IMG/VR virus record: IMGVR_UViG_3300028048_000092
Location: 42,680 to 106,679 of that record
Length of the DNA: 64,000 bases
Strand: one strand, 5' to 3'
DNA from: a virus
Lineage: Duplodnaviria > Caudoviricetes
The position numbers and the translations under genes are program-made. Below are positions 21,221 to 33,543 of this stretch, piece after piece (positions within the stretch are counted from its first letter, which is position 1; each line of letters starts with the position of its first letter). The notes below the pieces were generated by a model. The model made no database searches. It had not been told where the DNA came from and saw nothing but the letters and a program-made list of their open reading frames with translations.

Positions 21221-22435
21221 ATGATATATCACCACCAATACAGCAACAAAGAAGTTTCGGCTGTTCCAACTACATTTACATCCAATACTTCTATTTCAGG
21301 ATATGTATGTTCGGCAAGTAATACTAATAGCAGCAATTACCCATGGAAGATATGGAAGCAGGACTACACTACATCCGAGTGGGCATGGTGGCCAGGGAAT
21401 GTGAGTTTACCACAGTGGGTACAAATTGAAGTTCCAGAAGCATTCGTTCCGACATCATTCATGGTCATGAATGAAATAGCAACTCCAGCGTCAATGAAAG
21501 CAGGGATATTTCAGGGATCAAATAACGGTTCAAACTGGACTGACTTATATACGATCTCTGATTGGCCAGCTGATGCTGGATATAGGAACACAATGGAACT
21601 CTCTACCAATAATGCTTACAAGTATTACAGGTTGTACGTTACAGATGGATGGGTATCAGGTGATGCTGTATCAATCCAGGCCATGAAGATATTCAAGAGG
21701 GATATGCACCCTTCTTCCGGCTTCAACAACTGGGGTAAACCTGTCAAGTATCGCTCAGCTAAACTGGCTAAGTGCAACTGGAACCCGATACCGCAGGAAG
21801 GACTGGTCTTCTATGCATCATTGGCTGAGGATTCCGCTACAGCTGAAACAGGGCAGACCTTCACAAAGAACAGTAAGGGGAACGGCATATCCTTCCAAAC
21901 CTACAAGAATGTTCCTTGCGTTAGATTGCAAGATGGCAGCAACATGAAGGTAACTGCCATGACGGATATTCCAACTGGCAATAATCCTTTTACTATTTCC
22001 GCGTGGCACAATCTATTGATTCGCCCTGATGATGATTATGGTGTAGCTGGTTTCGGCTATGGAACGGATGGTGAACGTAGTCTTGTAATAACATGGTTTT
22101 CCGCTGCATATGAAGGACCAGAGAATAATATCGCAATTAATATTCGTGTCTCAAGCGGACTGGGCACCGGGGCAAAATATGTCCTTGGCAACTGGTATCA
22201 TGTAGCATGTACTTTCGATGGGACAACATTCAAGACTTATGCTAACGGCGTTTTTGGAGACTCTGGAACAAGAACACTTAGTATGGGGAATACCGCTATA
22301 TACATAGGAGCTCTCAATAATAACCAAACAAATCCCTGGCGCGGTTATCTTGCTGGATGCCGCATCTATAATCGTGCATTAGACGAAAGCGAGATAGCCA
22401 AGCTCGCCAATGAGTTCCATCCTACCAATGACTGA
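21221..22435 (+). CDS. discoidin (F5/8-C)-like plus LamG adhesin
   Basis: LPQWVQIE..FQGSNNGSNWTDL..YKYYRLYV, then LamG (WYHVACTFDG, CRIYNRAL); no TAG. Confidence 0.85.
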   Translation: MIYHHQYSNKEVSAVPTTFTSNTSISGYVCSASNTNSSNYPWKIWKQDYTTSEWAWWPGNVSLPQWVQIEVPEAFVPTSFMVMNEIATPASMKAGIFQGSNNGSNWTDLYTISDWPADAGYRNTMELSTNNAYKYYRLYVTDGWVSGDAVSIQAMKIFKRDMHPSSGFNNWGKPVKYRSAKLAKCNWNPIPQEGLVFYASLAEDSATAETGQTFTKNSKGNGISFQTYKNVPCVRLQDGSNMKVTAMTDIPTGNNPFTISAWHNLLIRPDDDYGVAGFGYGTDGERSLVITWFSAAYEGPENNIAINIRVSSGLGTGAKYVLGNWYHVACTFDGTTFKTYANGVFGDSGTRTLSMGNTAIYIGALNNNQTNPWRGYLAGCRIYNRALDESEIAKLANEFHPTND

Positions 22436-22445
22436 GGCACTTTAA

Positions 22446-22826
22446 ATGTACATCAAAGACTCTCCTAAGCTATAGAAACTTCTGAAGAAGTGCCAGCTTA
22501 CAGAATTTGGACGCTGGTTGAGGTGCTTTGACTGGAGCTCCATAAGGCTCTTTAAAGTCCCTTTTAAAAAATAGGGGCTTTTCACAGCCTGCTACATAGC
22601 TCCTCTCAATTGCATCCTTGCAGCTCCCGACTAGGATGGCAGAGTCTTTTTCAGTACTATATGCCATTAGCTGTATCATGCTTATCAGAAGCGTGTGAAC
22701 GGAATGTTCAAATATTTGATACTAAAGACCTTTAGAAGAAATAAATTATAGCTACCCGCTTAGGCAGCTTAGTTGAGTGCTGCTTAGTGGGCCTGCCAGC
22801 AACCCAGATAGGAGTTTGATATATGA
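22446..22826 (+). CDS. small zincin-like metallopeptidase (TAG=Glu, 126 aa)
   Basis: ICH*LYHAYQ = HExxH with TAG (22668-22670) at the catalytic Glu; downstream L*LPA*AA*. Confidence 0.75.
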
Positions 22827-23755
22827 GTAACTATTCTGATTCTAATTTGATAAGCATCCCTGCTGCGAGTGTCCCTGCAGGCACTTTGGCAATGAAGGTT
22901 GGCAATAATATCTTTACTGCGGGGAATGTAGTCATAAGCGGCTCTTCCATGGACTTCTACAAGTGCTCTTATGTAAACTCCAATAGCTGGGGAGGGTATA
23001 AGGCAGTACAGGACCCAGACACGAAAATATACAGTTTTGAAAGTAACTCTACTGCGGGGTTATTATATGATCAATCAAGCCCAGAAGTAGGAGGAATTTA
23101 TTCTCAAGACGCTTTAATCTAGGTAGCTAGGATGTGGAAGGGTATTCCTCAAACAGGTCTGGTTTTTTATGCCCCGTTAACTACAAACTCTGCCACCGCA
23201 GAGACAGGGCAGTCACTTTCGTATAAGAATTGCACTTTTACAACATATAAGGGAATATCAGCTGTACGGATGTCGTATGCATGTATTACTACTGGTATAC
23301 TTGCTCAAAGCGGATTGGACTCTGGCTTTACGCTTTCGATGTGGTTCTGTGATGATAGTTTCAGTAATAACTCAATTATTGCGCACATTGGAGATTGGGG
23401 TGGTGAGTCAGGTTACTGGTGTGGTCTCCAGTCCAATAATTATAAGCCTCAGTTATATTATCAGGAAGGAGTTGGAGCAGGAAGCAATAATAGTCTACAG
23501 AACAATACCTGGTATCATGTGGCATATGAGCAATATAATGGTACAGCTAAAGCGTGGATAAATGGAGTTGAAGATCTTAATACGTCAACTGCTACGACGC
23601 AATGTTCCGGACTTCCTTTGTACATTGGAGATATTGACGGCTATTCTTCTCAATATCCATTTCAGGGATATTTAGCTGCAGTTAGACTTTATAACCGCGC
23701 TCTGACCACAGTAGAAATCGCCGCCCTCGCCTCCTAGTTCACCCCTACAGCCTGA
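22823..23755 (+). CDS. LamG domain adhesin (TAG=Glu)
   Basis: GLVFYAPL..ATAETGQ, WYHVA, VRLYNRALT; ends LAS*FTPTA-TGA. Confidence 0.8.
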
Positions 23756-23807
23756 TAAAGCTTTCCTTTTCTACACTTTCAATGTAATTTGTAGAAAAGG
23801 AGCTTTT

Positions 23808-24533
23808 ATGACTGACATTATTATTCCCTTAAGCAAAGAGTCTCCGGATAATAATCTGGAGCTTCGTGTGGCCCTGCGCTCCATCGAGCGCTATGCAAAG
23901 AACCTCGGACAGATACACATCTATTCTGCCCTTCCAGTTCCCTTCCTCGAGGATGTGGATGTGGTTATCATGGGGGATCCCTGTCCTAACTGCAAGGATG
24001 TGAACCTTATCAATAAAGTAAAAGCCGCTGCGTAGAACCCTAATGTAGCCGACCGCTTCATGTTCTGGAGCGACGACCAGCTCTTAACTTCAGAGCTGGA
24101 CCTTGATAAAGCCCCTGTAGTAGCCAATGAAAGAGGGCTTGATTGGTTCCTTCAGAACAAGGGAAACAATAAGTGGTATTTCCGCATGCTCAATACTATG
24201 GAGTATGTGAAGAAGGAAACTGGTCTGAAGCTTGATTGGAACTACGACAGCCATGTTCCGCAGCCTTATCAGAAAGATGCTGTATTGGATGTTTTCAGCA
24301 GGGTGCCTTATGAGACTCTTCCGGGATTCTGCATCAATACTATTTATTATGGTATGCTCAGACAGCCCTATACCAAGCAGCAGAGGGAAGTGAAGGTGAA
24401 CTTTGAAGGAAGAAGCGTTACTATTCCTACTTCCATGAAGCTTTATGCAGGGCATGATCCTCAGTGCTGGAACATGGGCGCCAAGCTGTTCTTTATCGGG
24501 ATGTTCTATGAGAAGAGCAGGTGGGAAGTATGA
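23808..24533 (+). CDS. Stealth-like sugar-phosphate transferase (TAG=Glu)
   Basis: ELRVALRSIERY and FMFWSDD motifs; one TAG joins 23808 and 24060 pieces. Confidence 0.65.
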
Positions 24534-25087
24534 TTCGTAAATTATTTCCTATGAGGAGAGGACGGTTTAAAGACGGCCTATTGTAGCTTGTTGATACAAT
24601 AGAAGGTAGCAACTTACTTACGCTCTAGATAGGCAGCTACGCAGGAGAGTCCGCTTAGATATTTCTTTCTTCAGGTAAATTTGCTAAGATTTATTGTATA
24701 GATCCTTGGGAAAACGGTTATGATATACAGGATTAGGCCTCTTTTACTAATGATCTGGCCGAAGAATTCTTCGATAGGCGTTTTAGTAAAGATCCTCGTG
24801 TTGTTAAAATAAAAGGATATTCTTTTAACGAAGTGCCTAAGTTAGCGGATGGCTACTTTGATTTTATCTATGTAGATGGAAGTCATAAAAAAGAAGATGT
24901 CTATAGAGACCTTTAGATAGTATTTCCAAAATTAAAAGCTACAGGCTTATTAGCTGGACATGACTATGGCCCTCTACACAGATGGTCTGGTGTAATGGAA
25001 GCTGTAGATGAGTTTTTGCTGCGTAAGCCGGAACATACTTTCCAAGATTTTAGCTGGTGTTGTAAGAAGGAGAGTATTCAAAGATGA
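24530..25087 (+). CDS. class I SAM-dependent methyltransferase (TAG=Glu)
   Basis: L*IGSYAGES, IYCIDPW, FDFIYVDGSH, GLLAGHDY. Confidence 0.85.
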
Positions 25088-25848
25088 ATGATATAACTAT
25101 TATTACTCCTACTAGGAATCGCCCGGAGCAGCTTCCACTTGTTATAGAGTGTATTAATAATCAAACTGTAAAGCCTGATAAATGGATTATAATAGATGAT
25201 GGTCCATAGCCGCTCCCCAGAGAGCTTTTGCAGAATAGCGTAGTGCCTGTTGAATACGGTTGGTATAAGCAATTCTTACCAGCTTCTACTCCATATAACT
25301 CCGCACAGGCTTTAGCAAGAGTATCTACGAAAAAGTGCATATTTATCGACGATGATGATTACTATCCTCCTACTTATATAGAAGCACTCAGTAAGAAACT
25401 TGACAATAAAGAAAATACTCTAGTAGCAGAAGAGAAGTGGATCGATTATAGACTCTCTACAGGTTACTACAGAATAAGACATCTGCACACTGAAAGCTAT
25501 CGACCTGGATGTACCTTTTTTGAATGGCATAGCGCAGGTATTACAGGACAGGAACTTAGAGAGTACATGCAGAAAATTCTTTTGAAGTTTCCCAATGGCA
25601 GATATAACGACAGGACCTGTTACTAGAATATCTTTCTTAAGGGCACATTCAGTTTTTTTACAGTAGACTTTGGAAAGGATTCCTGTATCTCATTAAAAGA
25701 TTATGGAACAGGAAATCCAGGTGCGATTAAGACACACTTCTCTAATGACGGTATGATAGAAGACAAGGACTTTAAGTTCTTTAAAGAGCGCTTAGGAGAA
25801 GACTGGCATAGATATGAAAAGTATTTAGGTAGAAGAAAGGTAAAATAA
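25084..25848 (+). CDS. GT2-family glycosyltransferase (TAG=Glu)
   Basis: ITIITPTRNR..QT..WIIIDDG; FIDDDDYY. Confidence 0.85.
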
Positions 25849-25849
25849 A

Positions 25850-27301
25850 ATGGATAGATCTTTTACTTTTAATCACAGCGGTTCTATGGGGGATCTTTTC
25901 AGTTCTTTATATTTTGTAATTGAGTACCTTGAGTCTAGAGGAGCCTCGGCAAAACAGGCCATTTTTAATATTCCATTAGAAATACCTACAAGAAACTCTC
26001 CATATAGGGAAGGAGTTAATTTTCCAACTACAACAGGAGCCTTTATAGCTGAGCTTCTACAATATATGGGATTTTAGGTTACACATAAAAAGAAAACTTA
26101 GCTTAGCAATTATATAGATCTGGATACTTTTAGAAGCTTAAATAAAATTAATCTGGATGGAGGAGATCTTAGAGAATGGTATTATCAAACTTATGATAAG
26201 CATCTGCCAAGAGATTTTACAAGAAAGTTAATATAGGTTATGCCAGATCCCTCTTTAGGTCTTCAAGATAAACTTATTATATTTAGGACCTCTAGATACA
26301 TTAATCCTTTTATTAATTGGAAACAATTGGAAGTTTTTAAAGAAAAATTTGTCTTCGTAGGGCTTGATTTTTAGTATAAAAACTTTTGCAGGGATTTTTT
26401 CGAAATTCCTTTTATGCCTGTGACAAGTGCCTTAGATACAGCCGTTAAATTTGTTTCTGCAAAGGGTGTTATAGGAAATCCTTGCGGTTTGTATCATATA
26501 GCAGAATTGCTGAAAGTGCCTAGAATTTATATATCTACAGAATGGAAATCCAATGGAGTAAAAGGACCTCTCACAACACTGCCTATTGGAGGTTGGAATG
26601 AAGTAGTTCGTGTGGATTCACACTTGCTTCCTGCAGTCGAGGCTTTATTAGGCCCTGTTCTTAAGAGTAACTGTAATTCCCACATAGATATATGGCTAAA
26701 TGATCATATATTTAAAGGTAAACGTAACGGATTTTATATTGAGTGTGGAGCTAATGATGGTAAACGTGACTCTATTTCTTATTTTTATGAGAAATATTTT
26801 GACTGGAAAGGATGTCTGATAGAACCGCAGTCTGTACTTATGGATAAATGTAAACAGTGTAGAAGTCCTGAAAATATCTTTATCCAGAAGGGCCTAGGAA
26901 TCTGTAATAAACAAATGCCTTTTACTATACCTTAGGATAATTTAGATAATGCCTCCTTGAATTTATCCAAAGCGCATTATGATACTCTTAAGCGGCAGGG
27001 CTATGGTAAATCCTTTAGGAAAGAACTTATAGAAGTTATCGATTACGAGACACTTATGCAATCTATTCCTCGCGAAATAGATTTGGCTATTTTTGATGTA
27101 TAGGGAGGTTAGATGGATATCCTGCTGAGTATGTTCCAGACTGTAGCTGATTGGGAAAAGACCTTTCCGAAGATTCTTGTAGTTGAACATGACTGGTCGG
27201 ATAAACAAGCTCTTATTAATTGTGCTTCTCCTTATTATAAAGTGTTGGAAGTTTTTAAGAGCGATATTGTGTTTCAGCGACATACTCCTTGGGGAGACTG
27301 A
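25850..27301 (+). CDS. GT-B (GT9-like) glycosyltransferase fused to FkbM-type methyltransferase (TAG=Glu)
   Basis: HSGSMGDL..IGNPCGLYHIAELLKVP; FYIECGANDG..W.G.LIEP..IDLAIFDV*GG*MDIL; three fragments in one frame. Confidence 0.8.
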
Positions 27302-28122
27302 TGGTAATCCTTCACAGAGGTAAATGCGGGGATCTCATTGCTCTTTGTGCCTGGCTCAGAGAACATCATTCTCAATAGAAAGCCCACATATACATCAAGG
27401 AGCATAGGAGCTTCCAAAAAAACAGCGTTGACTGGATAGCTCCTCTTCTATTACAGCAACCCTATATAGAGAAAGTGGATATCTGCTAGAAGCTTTCCGA
27501 TGTAGAGCCTGTAAATGACATTCCATGTGATCTTAAAAAAGCAAGAGAAGAAGCGCTTCTCAACAAGTCCTATACTGCTTGGTGGGTAGATGAACCTAAA
27601 TGGTGGGAAGAAGTAGGTGCTGTAAGAAATGAGACGGACTTGAGGGACCGCGTTCCTCTGGCTTATGATGAGCTCCTCAAAGATAACTCCCCTTGGCTGC
27701 AAGTACCAGAACACTAGAGATACATCAAAGAACCTTATATAGTTGTGTCTGTTACTCCCCGCTACGGCTGTATGGCAGACCTCTCGGCTGTAAAAGCACT
27801 TGCGAAGGATTACAGGATAATCTTTCTAGGGCAGCAACATAATTGGCAATACAGCGGAGCTTTTACTTACAGCTCCTTCTGCCAGGCACCTTTATCCATA
27901 CAGCATGCGCAGCTTATAAAGGACTGTTCTTTATATGTAGGTACCCAGACTTTACAGACCTGGCTTGCTTAGTCCTTAGGAGTTGACAGGATAGTTTCCG
28001 CTTCTCCGAGATTCCACGATACTACACTGAGAGTGGAAAAAGGATTTAAAGCGTCTGTAAATAATAAAGAGCAACTAACAGAAGCTTTACAGCAATGGAA
28101 GTCCTTAACGCCCTCTTCATAA
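27301..28122 (+). CDS. GT-B (GT9-like) glycosyltransferase (TAG=Glu)
   Basis: HRGKCGDLI..AQLIKDCSLYVGTQTLQTWLA*SLG. Confidence 0.7.
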
Positions 28123-28140
28123 ATGAACTGAAAGGCGTTT

Positions 28141-28719
28141 ATGTCGGATTCTAAAATTACAGATTACTCGGGCTGGGCTTATTCCCTCCCCGCAGAGCCC
28201 TCTTAGAAGGACTATGACAAGTTGTCCTCTAAGTTGAAGACCTTTGTATAGTCTTCGAAGTTCCTCAGAGAGGGCAGCACGGTGGATGAATATGATCCTT
28301 AGACCGGGAAGCGTATTAAGAGGCCTGTTTCCAATGTGGTATATAAGTCCTCTCCTCAAGATGAAGAAGGGCTTCCTGCAGAGGAACTCAGACAGCTCAT
28401 ACAGAAGGGCGTCCTGGAGAACAACAGAGAAGCCCTTGAAGAAGCTTCCAAGTATCACTTCTACACAGCCGACAGATTTGTCACTTAGAAATAGCGCCAG
28501 AAACAGGAAGATAAGAAACGTAGAACTAGAATAATATTAACATCCCTTGCAGTAGGTGCTCCTACAGGTACCGTATTGGGACTGGCTTACCTTGCAAATG
28601 CCCGCAAGTACGGAGATCCGATTACTGTGGGTAAAGTAATGGAAGCCGGTAAGCTCGGTCTTTTAGGACTTGGGGCGGGAGTTGCTACTGCGGGAATAAT
28701 GGAGAGTTTAAGATCATGA
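28141..28719 (+). CDS. hypothetical protein with C-terminal hydrophobic helices (TAG=Glu)
   Basis: ATG 28141 to TGA 28719 in frame, coupled to next gene. Confidence 0.65.
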
Positions 28720-29165
28720 GTTATCAGGAAATTTACAGAGGTCTGAATAAGAAAGCCTCTGATGAGCAGCTTAAGAAGCTTGCAGGGATGATAAAGCAGG
28801 CTAAGTTGAATAAAGAAGCCGGTAGCTGGCTGACAACAGCGCTGAAGACCGGCTTTAACAGCAGTAAGGATTTCGGGAAGAAGGTTTTATTTACAACAGG
28901 AAAGGCCTTTAGAGATCATCCTATTGCTATGACAGGTACTACTGCATTGACACTCGGAGGGATTCCAACAGCATCTTATTTTATGGGCCGTTCCAGTCTG
29001 TCAGAACCTCTTGCCAAAGCTAATGAGACTGTTAAAAAGCTGACCGAATAGAAGAAAGCCCTTGAAGATCAGTCCGGTTGGGCCAAACTCTGGGAAGACC
29101 TCAAGAAGTGGTGGGCTAAGCTCTGGGAAAGCAAACAAGAAGCACCAAAGGCAGCAGGTAAGTGA
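28716..29165 (+). CDS. probable internal virion protein (TAG=Glu)
   Basis: MSYQEIYRGLNKKA leader; one TAG; ends TGA. Confidence 0.7.
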
Positions 29166-29168
29166 TAT

Positions 29169-29756
29169 ATGAATAAGAACGCTTATTTTAAAATGATGGG
29201 GCTGCAGAAGAAGGCCCACTAGGGTATTCCGGATTAGAATACATCTCCATAGGAGTATAGAGAACTCGCAGAGAGAGGAAATGTAATAGGCAGTAAAAGT
29301 GCTTAGAAAGCAGTTAATAAACCGCAAAAAACTTTTCTGTAGCTTGTGAGAGAAAATCAGGCATCGCAAAAAGCGCAGGAAACTAAAAGGAATGCTTTTC
29401 TTTCTGGTAAGGTAAGTGAAGATGCTATTAAGAGTCCCGAAATACGTACTGCTATCCAGGCTACTACACCGGAAGCTCGGTTTAATCTGCTTACCGGCAG
29501 ATATAAACCAGATACACTACCTTCTCAATTTAGAGAAGCTCTGAATGCGGCGGCTAAGAAGGATCTGAATATATACAACAACTACAAGAATAAAGGCTGG
29601 TGGGAGAGATTCCTTGCCTGGTTCCAGCAAATGTATGCAAGATTCTCCGGAGGGAATGAGGGAGCTACTTTAAGAGGCGGCGCTCAGAACGCAAAGAATA
29701 GATTCCTTCAGTACTTTGCCTAGGCACCCACTGCAGCACAGAACAAGCTGATATAA
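29169..29756 (+). CDS. probable internal virion protein (TAG=Glu)
   Basis: MNKNAYFKMMGLQKKA leader; ends TAA; terminator hairpin 29776-29813. Confidence 0.7.
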
Positions 29757-29855
29757 TAAATAAGAGAGCTTTTACAAGGACCTTCCACATTACTCAGCTG
29801 GAAGGTCCTTTTTATATTCCGCTTTACCTTCCTCCCATAAGAAAAGAGGTATAAG

Positions 29856-31553
29856 ATGACATATAAAGAAGTATTATATAAAAAGGCGCAAGAAATACCT
29901 TCTTCTTTTGGGTATGGGGCGCCTGGCTTGCTGCCTTTGCAGTAGCAAGCCGACACTATAAAGCCAGTGACATCCTTTAATACCAGCAATAAAGTCACCC
30001 ACGGCACTGGGATTCCATCGGATAGGGCATGGTCTGATTATGTTGCAAATATAGCCAAACATACAGGTAAATATTTTATAGATAATCCAGGTAAATCTCT
30101 TAGAAACGGAGCTAATGGTGCCGCTAATGCCTTTGCATGGGGGTTACCCAGGTTTCTCGGAAATGCATATAACTTTGGAGCAGATGTTGTAAACCTTCCT
30201 GCAAACTTATATGGTCTGGGTAATTATGCTTTAGGCGGAGCGGGAAAGCCTCTTTATCAACTCCCAAAAGTAGATATGGATCAACTCCATAGTACCTGGT
30301 TCGGAGCAGATCCTCTGTCAGGATAGGCAGGGGCGGTTGTAGGGTAGTTTGGATTACCCGTAGCTGCCGCAGGGAGTATGAAATGGTTGGATAAAAGCCT
30401 AGCATTAGCGGGGGACCGCAAAAGCGTACTGTCTTATCCTGACGCCTGGAAAAAAGATATCACTTCAAATATGTTGGCCAGGGCTAAAAGACTGTAGAGG
30501 CACGCAGGACTGCCACATACAGCTGCTGATTTCAAAAATAAAAAAGCATATATAAAGCACTTGTAGCAGTTGCGCGATAGCGGAAAAGACATTTCACATA
30601 TTTATTGGAATACCGGCGAAAAGCTTGTGCCTAGAGCATATAATAGACTAGCTAAGCAAAGAGGATTCAAGCCAATAAAATCGGACTATACATCTGCTTT
30701 TTCCTATGCACACTCAAACCCCTCAATAGAGTTCATTCCCGGTAATAAAAACGCAGATGCTTTGTATAGAGAGCTGTTAAAATAGGCAGACGATTTTGAC
30801 AGCTTAAATTATATTATTAGTAGGTTTAAATCCGCTCCTAAAAATAAGATGCATGCTCTTCGAGATGTATACAGGCGTGTACCTGTTCCAAATACCTCGG
30901 TAGGCGAATAGGTAGCATCCGCTTCTCGTAACGGAGATCTTTTATTATATAAGGGCTGGTAGGGTAATTATAAGCCAGCTACGCTGGAAAATCAACTGTA
31001 TCATTCTGGTTCGGCTAACTCTAACAGATGGTTAGGTGGGATGCCTGAAACTTCTTTAAGTCCCAGCTATTCTGGCAGAGGTGGTAATCTTGCTATTATA
31101 CAGATCCCAGAGAAACCTTCGCCTATACCAAGAGTGAGGGAGAGATTTCAGCCACACATAGGATCTAACGTGCAGGCAGGTTCTCCAACGGAAGTTTATG
31201 ACGCATTTCGTGCTAAGGTAGATCCAAAAGTAAATATAGGTCACTATGATATCGGGATGTCTCCGGAATATGAATTTGTAGCACTGCCTAATTAGTGGAA
31301 AAAGTTACCTCAGTTAAAGCATAAGGTATATTCTATAGGAGATTATTCCGGAAACGATGTCAGTAAGTTTCGTCGTTTAAGTGACCCATTACCAGGAAGA
31401 GTGGCGAATATTCCCCTTGTAGATTGGAGTAAACCTATAAAATATCAACGTAATCCCAGGTATTGGAACGTACCTCTTTGGAAACACCCACTTAAAGAAG
31501 AAGGACTGGCGGCTATACCTTCTATAAGTTCTCAATAGGATAGTGAATTGTAA
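29856..31553 (+). CDS. probable internal virion protein (TAG=Glu, 565 aa)
   Basis: MTYKEVLYKKA leader; fragments 29967, 30570, 31041 in frame. Confidence 0.7.
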
Positions 31554-31660
31554 TTTTATTCCTTAAGTGAAGTATATAAAGATCTCCTAGAAGACTCTTT
31601 ATAAAAGACTTTCTCATTGCCTTTTACTTCTCCCTCTATATGATACTGTGGAGGTTTTAA

Positions 31661-33532
31661 TTGGATAAAAGATATACAAATACACTGGCCAACCCCTTCA
31701 GCACCAGGTCTGCCAAGTTCTTCCCCAAGACCATCAAAGAGTGCTTTCAGTGGGCCTAGTATATGCACGACCGCTTTCCCGTGATCGGCAGAGCCATCAA
31801 CAAAGTGGTCCGTTATTTTGCTGCTGATATTTCTGTAACTGCTTAGGGCTCACCATCTTAGGTAGATACATAGTTCCTTAAGAAGACCTAGGATCTGCTA
31901 AAAGACAACTACGGACTTCTCTAGTTCCTTATCAAAGCCGGTTAGGAACTCGCCTCCATGGGGAATGTTTTTATCTATGCAGTCCCTGTTATTCATCGCT
32001 CGCTGGCCTGTCCGAAGTGTAAAACTGTAATGTCCCTTAATAAAATGTTTCCCAAGACAGATTATACTTGGGATGGAGAATTCAAGGGGACCTGCAAATG
32101 CGGCTACAAAGGGAAGTATCAGGTAATTGACAAGCAGGTAGCAGATAAGAAGGGACGCAAGATCCACTTCAAATGCATCTCTCCCTATGACATGCTGCTG
32201 AAGTATAATGAACTTACAGGGAACTACACATATCTTTATAAGATGCCCGCCCACATGAAACAGGCCATTATAGAAGGCGATCCAGTATATCTTAACGATA
32301 CTCCAATGGTGTTCCTCAAGGGAGCCTTCCAGGGCGATTATATCCAGTTCCCCACAGATAGATTCATGCATGCCCGTATAGATTCCCTCACTTCCATGGA
32401 CCGTTACTACAAGGGCTGGGGAACTCCTATGTTCCTTAACACCTTTAACGATATTCTAAGATTGGCTTATCTGGATAAGTTCAATGAGGCCGTTGCTACC
32501 GACTTTATTGCTCCTGTAAGAATGATAAGTCCTCCTCCGCAGAATCTTATGGCTGGTAATGATACTCTCAGGCAGAATCCCATCAGTGGCTATCAGGTAA
32601 AGCAGTTTATCTTTTAGGCAATTAAAGGTGTGCGCTAGAATGCTTCCCAGTGGGTAGTCTCTCCCTTCCCGCTTAATTATCAGATGCTTGGTGGGGAGGC
32701 GAAACAGCTTGCTCCTGTAGAGCTGATGAAATGGTATGAAGAGCGTATCTATGAAATGATGTCCATTCCAATGGAACTCCGCCAGACTTCCTTCCAGGCA
32801 GTAGCTCCTTCGGCAGGACTTAGAATGTTCTAGCGGCAGTGGATACATTATACCAATATTCTATAGGACATGCTTCTTTGGATGTCTGACATTATCTGTT
32901 CTTCCCATCTCATTGAAAAAGTGAATGTAGTACTCGATAAGACCTCCTTCGTCGAAGACGATATGCACAAACAGACAGTACTTCAAATGGCAGGCAGCGG
33001 CATGATCTCCAATGATACTGTTCTGAAGACCATTGGGCTGGATCAGAAGGAAGAACAGAAGAAGATCCTCCAGGAACAGCAGGACATGGCGGAAGAGTCC
33101 ATGAAGACCCAGAATGCACAGCAGGAAATGGAAATGACAGGCTCCGTGCTGCCTCCTCCGGGAAGTGTCGGTGTGGGAGCTGCTCAGTACAATATGGAAA
33201 TGGTACAGCAGCAGAACATGCCTCAAGATCCTGCAGCAGCCGGTCAGCCTGCACCTCCAGGAGCACCTGCTGGAGCTGGAATGCCTCCGATGCCTTCCGG
33301 CTTGTAGAATAGCAGAAGCGCTGGTGTGGAGCAGCTCTTCCAGCAGGCGCAGCAGACAGCTTAGGAGATCTTCAATGTGGGCATTACTCAGGGGCCTGGT
33401 GCAAGACGCTCCATGCTGGTGAAGCTGAAAGCCCAGAACCCGGATCTCCATGCTCAGGTTACAGCTATCCTGAAGCAGCGTGATCAGGATACCGCTTCTC
33501 AGGCAGTAGCACAGTCCAAGATGCCACAGTGA
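31661..33532 (+). CDS. portal-like protein with Zn-ribbon insertion (TAG=Glu, 623 aa)
   Basis: TTG start after GGAGG; GNVFI, CPKC..CKC, WGTPM, YQMLGGEAKQL, Gln/Pro-rich tail; portal assignment rests on recalled resemblance only. Confidence 0.55.
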
Positions 33533-33543
33533 GGTGAAATACA

